From the NCBI GenBank assembly GCA_964035545.1, contig OZ037770.1, forward strand, positions 14,932,642 through 14,996,641: 64,000 nt of DNA. Direction: 5' to 3'. Source of the stretch: Bugula neritina (lineage: Eukaryota; Animalia; Bryozoa). The notes below the pieces were generated by a model. The model was not told where the DNA came from, ran no database searches, and saw only the letters and a program-made list of their open reading frames with translations. The position numbers and the translations under genes are program-made. Positions 55,904 through 64,000 of the stretch are shown piece by piece (positions within the stretch are counted from its first letter, which is position 1; each line of letters begins with the position of its first letter).

Positions 55904-56784
55904 GGCCCTTGGCCTCTAGGGCAGTGCCTCCTCACGTGCCCTTGCGCCCCGCACCCCCAACAGGTTAGCAGAGATGGGCGGACAGGGTTGTCCCGTGATC
56001 GGGGAGCCCGCCTATCCGCCTGTTCGCTCTGCAACTTCGTCACCGTAGCCTGCAGGCCTTTCATCATGTCCATTAACATGGTGAGCTGCATCTGCTCGGG
56101 TGATTTAGTTGCAGCTGCTGCTACCTGTGGAGTTGGAAGTGGGGTGGTCTCCTCATGCTCCTCGACCACTTGGCGGGCTGTATAGCTCGGTCGCCTAGGC
56201 TCTTCCACCTGGAAGTAAGCCTTCCCCATTTCCAGTGCTTCTTCTATACTGTTGACCTTGGCGGCCAGCCAGTATCGCTGCAGGTCCGGGTGATTAACGC
56301 TCCGGAAGAACGCGTTATAAACGAGGCGCTTCCGGGCGTCGCCAGTGGCTTGACCGAAAGCAGCCTGAGCCAGGCGCTCTACCTCGTTAGCGTGATCTTC
56401 CAGAGGAGTCCTCCGGTCCCTCCTCATTATCTGCAAATGATCAGCTGCTTCTTCGGCTGTTAGGCCAAACCGGGCTCTGAGAGCCCGCATGATGTGCTCT
56501 TCATCAGGCCCAAGAGCGAAGCTCTTGGCCCGGCCTGTCAGACAGGCCCGGAGTTGGAGGATGCGCACCCGTACTGGCCATTCAGCGATGGTGGCCACAT
56601 CCTGGAACTCCCTGATGAATTGCTCTACGTCTCCTTCTCCTCCGAAATTCGGGGGCTGGAGGCGATACCTGTCACCAGGTGATGCCTGTCCTTGACCCCG
56701 CAATCTCTGGAGGGCTGTGACCAGCGCCTCAACAGTGAGGGCTGGTGGTGTTGCTGCCTCAGGGGCTGAGTCCCCTGGGGCCAT
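55879..56784 (-). CDS. gag: Gag of element 1, 301 aa
   Basis: Capsid-like PPNFGGEGDVEQFI...LRACLTGRA; single zinc knuckle CWGCGAQGHVRRHC. Confidence 0.93.
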   Translation of the reverse strand: MAPGDSAPEAATPPALTVEALVTALQRLRGQGQASPGDRYRLQPPNFGGEGDVEQFIREFQDVATIAEWPVRVRILQLRACLTGRAKSFALGPDEEHIMRALRARFGLTAEEAADHLQIMRRDRRTPLEDHANEVERLAQAAFGQATGDARKRLVYNAFFRSVNHPDLQRYWLAAKVNSIEEALEMGKAYFQVEEPRRPSYTARQVVEEHEETTPLPTPQVAAAATKSPEQMQLTMLMDMMKGLQATVTKLQSEQADRRAPRSRDNPVRPSLLTCWGCGAQGHVRRHCPRGQGPLNTQGSR

Positions 56785-56814
56785 TGCGCGCCGCTCGGCA
56801 ACTAGTTATTCGAA

Positions 56815-56833
56815 AATCCCACCGCTGCCACCA
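56815..56833 (-). other. Primer-binding site, tRNA-Leu
   Basis: TGGTGGCAGCGGTGGGATT, complementary to the 3' end (AATCCCACCGCTGCCACCA) of animal tRNA-Leu(AAG/TAG type). Confidence 0.88.
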
Positions 56834-56834
56834 A

Positions 56835-57399
56835 TGTAGTAAACTGTGGGTTCTGAATGCAACTAGTGCCTACATGCTCTAGAAAGAATAAGCCAAGTAT
56901 TTGAGTACAAATGAGGATAACCTTTATTGTATCAGATACAGCTCATGTGGTCCTACTACCAGCGAGCTCCAGTAGTAGTCTGAAGCTACACTGGAAACTC
57001 GCCTGCTTTTATACACAAGAATTCACATCTAGAATGTTCCAACAGACAAAAGAAAGTTAAGCTTGACAGTAACAAAAGAAAAATAGACAAAGGAGAATGA
57101 ATAATTCAATAGGCCAAGAATTTAGCTATAATAACAACCTATTGAAGGCATTCATAAAAGCTACACAAATTTCCAGTATCAGTATTAATGCAAAACGATG
57201 AAATAGCAAAAAGGGAAAATAACTCTGGAAATGCGTATTTAATAAAAATTACATTATACTGAAAGCTTAATCACAATAATAAGGCATTAGAAAGCTAGTG
57301 CAACTTAGCTATAATTACAGCATTCAAAACGATACGCAACAGTAGTTGTAATACTGACTCACGCAGTTAAAAACTAATAGAGGGTGAAAATCCATTACA
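56835..57399 (-). repeat. 5' LTR of element 1
   Basis: Copy of 50052-50616, adjacent to the PBS. Confidence 0.97.
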
Positions 57400-58120
57400 T
57401 TATTAATTTGCAGTTGCATTGTAAAATTATGGCTTATAGTAAATGACAACTTTCATTTTAACAAACTGTAAATTTCTAAATTATTGTCAAAGTTGTAGCC
57501 TTTTTATTTGTAATATTTTAAAGTTGACATATTTACTGACTTCATATTTACGGGGCATTAGCTTACCGGGGAGCGTATATAGAGCAGACAGTTGCTTGCA
57601 AATACCATAAAGTTTTGACGTCGCATTTAAGCTCTCAGAAAGAATGATACCCATCCCTCTCTTTGAGTAAACTCAGTACTATTTTAATTTGGATAAGCCT
57701 GATTAAACACGCATTCAACAGACTCAAAAAACTAAAAGAAAGGATGTGAAAAAATAGCCATCAATCAATATATAATTTTGCAGTTCATGTGAGACTTTTA
57801 AATGCAGTTATGGCGTTTAAAATTCAATAATAACAAAAACACTGGTGCGAGGGTCTTGTATACACAAAGAGACAGATATAAATATTAATGAAACATTTTT
57901 ATAGTGTTTTAGCAAATATTTTGCCACAATGAGGGACATGAAGAAGTGAAAAATTCATACTAGCTTTTTAAAGTACCGTTAGTTGAGTTACAATGTAATT
58001 TGTTTATCTTTAGTATTTTTAGTAGCCTATACTAGCAAAGTCTGCAAAACTCTCAATATGAGTTCAAATAAATAAAATAAAGATGATATTACAGATTTAA
58101 GATGTTTAAGTCCTTCAAAG

Positions 58121-58447
58121 TGTTATATTATTATGTGTCTTTTGTTTATCACTAATTACGGACTAGCGAGATGCTACGTTATAATGTCATGTGCATTTGT
58201 TATTAAAATACATATTGGGTCAAGGACGAACGAGAGACTACGAGATGAAAGATGTCAGCCTACAGTAGATAAACACGCCGATAGACTTTGTGATAAAATA
58301 ATTATAAATCAGTACTATACTTTTGGTCCTTGTATTTCCCCTGGCCGGCCAGACCCCACTTTATTGTTCTTTCGATACTTCAATGTCATGCCTACATACT
58401 TCGAGTAACTCTCAGGTAATTATATACTCACTATACTTAATGTTTCA
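58121..58447 (+). repeat. 5' LTR of element 2
   Basis: Direct repeat of 62622-62948. Confidence 0.97.
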
Positions 58448-58555
58448 TGGTGGCAGCTAGATCGTACTCGCACCCTACTTTGCCACTGGAGTGGTGATTG
58501 TTTAGCTTTTAGTTGTTTGTTGTTGTGGACTGTGTTGGTCTGCCTTGGAGCTGTC

Positions 58556-61500
58556 ATGGAAGGTTTGAAGGCCCCTGGAGAATTATCATTTGAAGGTAAT
58601 GTGTCAGACAATTGGAGGAAGTGGAGAAGGGCCTTGGAAAATTATTTGCTTGCAATTGATTTGGTTTTGAAGCCTCAAGAGAGTGGCCAAGAGCCTCCTC
58701 CTGAGAATGCGGGTATTAATAGACGTCAGGTTGCTATACTTCTGAACCAGGCTGGTGAGGAAGCTACTGAGATTTATGGTCAATTTGACTTTCCCGCAGG
58801 TAAAAGCAAGGATGTTATGGCTGATGTTTTGGAGCAGTTTGAAGCCTATTGCAATCCCCGGCGTAACGTGTTGTATGAATGGTTTGTTTTTTGGTCTCTC
58901 AGTCAGAGTGATGGAGAGCCCATTGACACCTTTGTGAAACGTCTAAAAACTCAAGCTACAAAATGTGATTTTGGCGAATTGCGAGACCGAATGCTTCTCT
59001 GCAGAATTGTGTTTGGACTCACTGATGGAAAGCTGAAGGAGCGGCTACTCCGTGACAAAAACGTTAAACTTGAGAGTGCCTTAGATGACATCCGTGCTGC
59101 TGAGATTACCAAACAGCAGATGTCAAGGATGGCTGCCGGTGATACTACTATGAAGACAGTCAATGAGATAAATGATGCTGCAGTCAGCACTGTGCAGAGT
59201 CAGCCTGGCGCTACGCAAAATAAAACCAGAAGTAACACACGTAAGGACAACATAGATTGCAAATTTTGTGGATATACACATGCCAAAGGTAGATGTCCTG
59301 CTTATGGCGAGACATGTCATAACTGCGGGAAGAAAAATCACTTTGAGAAAGTCTGCAAAGGCAAAGCTCTAACAGAGAAACAAATGAATAGCTTGTTCAT
59401 AGGTGCTGTTGGTGCTCTTTCTAATGAATCTAAATTGAAATCTTGGATTCTTCCGATGAAGGTCAGTGACAAAGGAAAGGCCAATGATATTCAGTTCAAG
59501 ATTGATACTGGAGCTGAAACAAATTGCATCAACCTAAGAACCGTTCAGTCACTTGGTGCTACTCTAAAGCCCACTTCTGTATGCCTTTACGGCTATAATA
59601 AGACCAAGGTCAAGAATGTGGGTGCAGTTCAACTCACCGTGAACCACAAGGAGCATAGCCAGAGTGTCCACTTCGAGGTGGTTGATGAGGACCTTCCTCC
59701 CATACTTGGCCTCGAGGCTGCTGAATCTTTTGGTCTGATCCGCAGAGTTGATCAGTTGTCAACCTCGATACTTCAGGAGTTCCCTGAGGTGTTTGAAGGA
59801 GTTGGCAGACTTGATGGAGAGCACGAGATATGTGTTGACGAGAATGTGAAGCCTGTGGTTCATCATCCAAGACGTGTCCCACTCAGTATGTTAGACAAAG
59901 TGAAAAAGGAGCTGGATGATATGGAGGCATCTGGAATCATATCTAAGGTTGACGTACCAACCAACTGGGTGAGTAGTATGGTATGCGTTGAAAAGAAAGA
60001 TGGGTCGGTTCGTATATGCCTAGACCCCAAGGACCTGAACAGAGCAGTGAGACGAGAGCATCACAAGATACCCACATTAGAAGACATTGCCTTCAGATTC
60101 AATGGTATGCAATACTACACCATCATGGACATGAAACATGGATACTGGCATGTAGCCTTGACCAAAGAGAGTAGTCTGCTCACAACGTTCAACACCCCAT
60201 ATGGTCGCTACTGTTTTGATAGACTTCCATTTGGTCTTCACTCAAGTGCTGAAGTCTTTGAGAAGAAGGTGGAGCAAATATTTGGAGACTTGCCTGGTGT
60301 CTCAGTGTATTTTGATGACATCATTGTGGCTGGAAAGACACAACAGGAACATGATGCCAATCTGAGAAAGCTATTGGTAAAGGCCAAAGAGGCTAATGTG
60401 AAGTTTAATCGCAAGAAGATTCAGTTGAATCAGACGGAGGTACGCTATTTAGGCCATATAGTATCGAAAGATGGTCTGCGTCCTGACCCAGACAAGATAG
60501 CTGCTATTGAGGCCATGCCTGACCCAACAGACCGAGAGGGAGTACAAAGACTGATTGGTACTCTCAATTTTCTAAGAGCCTACATACCCAACATGTCAGC
60601 CTGTACTGAGCCCTTGAGAGTGCTACTGAAGAGTGATAGTCAGTGGGTGTGGTCCAAAGAACAAATGGAAAGCTTCCAGGTAATTAAACGCTTGCTTACA
60701 TCCGAACCTGTCTTGCAGTATTTTGATGTTACCAAGGATGCGCATTTACAAGTTGACGCTTCAAAGTCGGGACTTGGTGCAGTGTTACTACAGGAAGGTA
60801 AACCTGTTGCATACGCTTCACGCAGCTTAACTGAGACTGAGTGCAACTATCCCCAAATAGATAAGGAGCTGCTAGCAGTTGTGTTCGGCTGTGAGCGCTT
60901 TCACAGCTACCTCTATGGACGTGCTGTTCACATACAGACGGATCATAAACCTCTCGTCCCGATAATGAACAAGTCGTTGCACAAGGCATCCCCAAGGCTG
61001 CAAAGACTACTTCTGCGACTACAAAGATACCGGATAGCTGAGTTCACATATGTTCCGGGCAAGTATTTATATATTGCTGACACACTATCCCGAGCCTACC
61101 TTCAGCGCGTTACAAATGATCAGTGTGATCTCGAAGGTGAAGTTGTGATGGTTCATGCCTTAGAAACCGATGATAGCACCATGAATGAGATGAGACAGTC
61201 ATATGCTGAAGACCCGACAATGGACAGTCTGAAAAAAGCACTGCAAGATGGTTGGTCATGGAGTAGACGGAGTCAGGCCCCCACAGAAATCCAACCCTAC
61301 TGGAATGTTAGATCTGACATCTATGATGTGGATGGATTTCTTTACGTTGAAGAGCGGCTTATAGTTCCGAAGTCACAGAGGAAGCACATTCTAAAGTCGC
61401 TACACATGGGCCACCTGGGCGTTGAGAAATGCAGAGAGCTTGCGAGGAAATCATTCTATTGGCCTGGGCTATCTGCTGATATACGGAATGAAGTGTCAAG

Positions 61501-62470
61501 TTGCCTCACCTGCGCTAGGTTTTCCAACCGTCAACAGAAAGAGCCGTTAATGTCCCATGAGCTGCCAAGTCTACCATGGAATAAAGTGGCTATGGATATA
61601 CTGTCCTATAAGAATAATGATTACTTGGTAGTTGTGGACTGTTACTCTCACTTCCCCGAGCTGAGATTACTCAAGAGAAAGACTGCTGAAGACGTGGTTT
61701 TGGCATTGAAATTTATATTTGCTGTACACGGGGTACCAGTGTCCATTCTGGCGGACAACATGCCTTTCAGCAGTAGAATCATGCAGACTTTTGCATCAAG
61801 CTGGTGCTTCACCATTGTAACATCTAGTCCGCACTACCCTAAGTCCAATGGAATGGCTGAGCGTTATGTGCAAACGATGAAAGCCTTTCTAAAAAAATGT
61901 GAGGATGAAAGAGAGGATATATACAGGTCACTACTCAGATACAGGCAATCTCCTATCACTGGCTGTGCTTTCAGTCCAGCTGAGCTTCTGTTCAACAGAG
62001 CCCTAAGAAGTGATTTGCCAATCACTGCCGAGTCGCTTAAACCAGTTGTTATTGAGGCTAGCCAACAACTAATAGCCAACCAAAACTTGCAGAAGAAGTA
62101 CCATGACCGCCATGCACGGCCGTTGGCTGATCTGGAACCTGGGACTCCTGCACTAATCAGGTCAAGCACTGACAAAGAATGGTCGCCAGGAATGATTGTC
62201 GAACAGCATGACTCCCCCAGATCCTACTTGGTTGACAACGGTCAGTCTATAGTGCGCAGGAATCGTGTTCACCTCAAACCAGATAACACACAGACCCTTG
62301 GTGTCGCTGATGCTGCTGATACTGATGTTGGAGATGCTCCTAATGAATCCCCCCATATGCCTGCCCTGCCTGCAACACCTCTCAGGAACGCGGCACCACC
62401 ACCAGAGCGTCAACCCAGAAGCAACCGTGGAGTCCTCCCCGCTAAATACAAGGACTTCCACATGGGATAA
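58556..62470 (+). CDS. gag-pol: Single gag-pol polyprotein of element 2, 1304 aa from the first ATG
   Basis: Paired knuckles CKFCGYTHAKGRC/CHNCGKKNHFEKVC (Mag-clade pattern), FKIDTGA (PR), YFDD (RT), VDAS...KELLA...TDH (RH), HMGHLG...CLTC and D-D-E (IN). The ORF track start at 58517 is a TTG. Confidence 0.95.
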   Translation: MEGLKAPGELSFEGNVSDNWRKWRRALENYLLAIDLVLKPQESGQEPPPENAGINRRQVAILLNQAGEEATEIYGQFDFPAGKSKDVMADVLEQFEAYCNPRRNVLYEWFVFWSLSQSDGEPIDTFVKRLKTQATKCDFGELRDRMLLCRIVFGLTDGKLKERLLRDKNVKLESALDDIRAAEITKQQMSRMAAGDTTMKTVNEINDAAVSTVQSQPGATQNKTRSNTRKDNIDCKFCGYTHAKGRCPAYGETCHNCGKKNHFEKVCKGKALTEKQMNSLFIGAVGALSNESKLKSWILPMKVSDKGKANDIQFKIDTGAETNCINLRTVQSLGATLKPTSVCLYGYNKTKVKNVGAVQLTVNHKEHSQSVHFEVVDEDLPPILGLEAAESFGLIRRVDQLSTSILQEFPEVFEGVGRLDGEHEICVDENVKPVVHHPRRVPLSMLDKVKKELDDMEASGIISKVDVPTNWVSSMVCVEKKDGSVRICLDPKDLNRAVRREHHKIPTLEDIAFRFNGMQYYTIMDMKHGYWHVALTKESSLLTTFNTPYGRYCFDRLPFGLHSSAEVFEKKVEQIFGDLPGVSVYFDDIIVAGKTQQEHDANLRKLLVKAKEANVKFNRKKIQLNQTEVRYLGHIVSKDGLRPDPDKIAAIEAMPDPTDREGVQRLIGTLNFLRAYIPNMSACTEPLRVLLKSDSQWVWSKEQMESFQVIKRLLTSEPVLQYFDVTKDAHLQVDASKSGLGAVLLQEGKPVAYASRSLTETECNYPQIDKELLAVVFGCERFHSYLYGRAVHIQTDHKPLVPIMNKSLHKASPRLQRLLLRLQRYRIAEFTYVPGKYLYIADTLSRAYLQRVTNDQCDLEGEVVMVHALETDDSTMNEMRQSYAEDPTMDSLKKALQDGWSWSRRSQAPTEIQPYWNVRSDIYDVDGFLYVEERLIVPKSQRKHILKSLHMGHLGVEKCRELARKSFYWPGLSADIRNEVSSCLTCARFSNRQQKEPLMSHELPSLPWNKVAMDILSYKNNDYLVVVDCYSHFPELRLLKRKTAEDVVLALKFIFAVHGVPVSILADNMPFSSRIMQTFASSWCFTIVTSSPHYPKSNGMAERYVQTMKAFLKKCEDEREDIYRSLLRYRQSPITGCAFSPAELLFNRALRSDLPITAESLKPVVIEASQQLIANQNLQKKYHDRHARPLADLEPGTPALIRSSTDKEWSPGMIVEQHDSPRSYLVDNGQSIVRRNRVHLKPDNTQTLGVADAADTDVGDAPNESPHMPALPATPLRNAAPPPERQPRSNRGVLPAKYKDFHMG

Positions 62471-62621
62471 GCTATTAGCCGTTTCCCACCCTGTACATAG
62501 TTATTTAGTTTCATTGTTAATCCCAAATCCATATTAATCATGTATACTCGTATCATATTATTAATCTCAGCAACCTTAATCACAATGTTATAGAAGGAAG
62601 TCACCTGCTTAAGAAGGGAGA

Positions 62622-62948
62622 TGTTATATTATTATGTGTCTTTTGTTTATCACTAATTACGGACTAGCGAGATGCTACGTTATAATGTCATGTGCATTTG
62701 TTATTAAAATACATATTGGGTCAAGGACGAACGAGAGACTACGAGATGAAAGATGTCAGCCTACAGTAGATAAACACGCCGATAGACTTTGTGATAAAAT
62801 AATTATAAATCAGTACTATACTTTTGGTCCTTGTATTTTCCCTGGCCGGCCAGACCCCACTTTATTGTTCTTTCGATACTTCAATGTCATGCCTACATAC
62901 TTCGAGTAACTCTCAGGTAATTATATACTCACTATACTTAATGTTTCA
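62622..62948 (+). repeat. 3' LTR of element 2
   Basis: Direct repeat of 58121-58447. Confidence 0.97.
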
Positions 62949-64000
62949 CAAAGAGCTCAATTAGGCCTTCAAAGTGTTAAAGTTCTTCAAGTCCTTCAAG
63001 ACATTTGAGTCTAGTGCAAGAATCTGTAATAAAGGCTACATTATAAATTATACAAATACTCCAAAGGAAATTAATTAAATTGCATCAGTAAATTTTTCAA
63101 GTAGCATTGTCTGACCAATATTGTACTCAATGTTTGTTTGTTTGTTTGTTTTTATTTTGTCATAGTCGGGAAAAAATTAATTGAGAAAAAAAAATAAACA
63201 AAATGACAGGGCCTATGGCGCAATAGCACTGTAGCTAGTCGAGGCACCAAGCCATGAATGGTTGACAGTTATATAAGATTTTTGTTTAGGTTTTTGGAAG
63301 TTTTAGCAACTAGAAAAGTATTATTTTTTTTTTTTTTTTTTTTAGGAATCACTCTTTGTTTTAGCTTTTACAGTGACTTGTTATTGAATATATTATACAT
63401 TATTTGAACAGCTAAGATAGATAGGGCTTAGCATTGCATCATTACAGTTGTTTCATATTGCATTTAGAGTAAATGACTTTCAAGTACTTTAGTAATATGC
63501 AATCGGAAGTATGATGTATCATAATGCACTCTAATATTGTTTATTATACAACAACTTATATATTTTTTTCTTTTTTAAAAATAAAAGTTGAAAATGTATA
63601 ATTATTTTAAACTGTATTTTATATTTACTTTGACAACTGCACTTTTTTATAATTTACTGGTAATAAATATTTCATATGATTATTTGATGACTGAGGTAAG
63701 TAGTACAGTAGTTGTAAAGAATATTATTTACATTTTGCTAATACGAAATTGTGCACTTATTTATAATCAATGTCTCCATGACAACGGCGCAAATGCTACT
63801 CTTGAGGTTCCCATACTCTCTGCTACTCATGATAATGAGATGTGCTACTTGAATAATATTATGTAAGCATGAAATGCATAGCCAATGAGAGGGCTGCAAA
63901 TTTGTAACCAGCTGCAATGATAAATACTCATAGACACATAATTCACAACAAATTCGACAGCGCCTTGAGCAAAGATTCTAATATTCTTAAACTTGTTTGA

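Larger units (their letters stand above)
50052..57399 (-). mobile_element. Full-length Ty3/Gypsy LTR retrotransposon (element 1), 7348 bp
   Basis: 565-bp TG...CA LTRs at 50052-50616 and 56835-57399 with no differences found by eye; 4-bp TSD TTAT (50048-50051 / 57400-57403); PBS, PPT, intact gag, and pol in PR-RT-RH-IN order. Confidence 0.97.
58121..62948 (+). mobile_element. Full-length Ty3/Gypsy LTR retrotransposon, Mag-like (element 2), 4828 bp
   Basis: 327-bp TG...CA LTRs at 58121-58447 and 62622-62948 with one C/T difference seen; 5-bp TSD CAAAG (58116-58120 / 62949-62953); PBS TGGTGGCAGC at 58448-58457; PPT AAGAAGGGAGA at 62611-62621. Confidence 0.97.

Noticed and set aside
51078-56695. 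Many antisense and alternative-frame ORFs inside element 1
   Set aside because: Expected by-products of GC-rich coding sequence; no motifs.

Overview
AT-rich (roughly 30% GC by eye), intron-rich eukaryotic genomic DNA, most consistent with an invertebrate animal (inference from gene content; species not determinable here). Most real genes are split into short exons that the ORF track misses, so I assembled them by hand from GT-AG sites and reading-frame phase. In order: the 5' part of an M13 neprilysin-like peptidase (minus, runs off the window start), a PLAC8/cornifelin-family gene (minus), TANGO6 (plus), a CXorf65/C22orf15-family gene (plus), an FNDC4/FNDC5 (irisin precursor)-like gene (plus), a possible orphan 2-TM microprotein (minus), an SLC16 monocarboxylate transporter (minus) and CCDC115/VMA22 (minus). 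These are followed by two intact, very young Ty3/Gypsy LTR retrotransposons placed head-to-head. Best candidate for an undescribed system: the transmembrane exon of the FNDC5-like gene is bracketed by MITE-derived inverted repeats with a competing third arm. Skipping this exon yields a soluble FN3-only (irisin-like) protein whose stop lies in the last exon. Other notable signals are tandem arrays of splice sites in TANGO6, a candidate exitron, a UUUAAAC -1 frameshift signal, a dUTPase-like relic in pol, and an LTR splice donor positioned to excise the primer-binding site. No CRISPR, rRNA or convincing intact tRNA was seen. All splicing models are predictions without transcript data.
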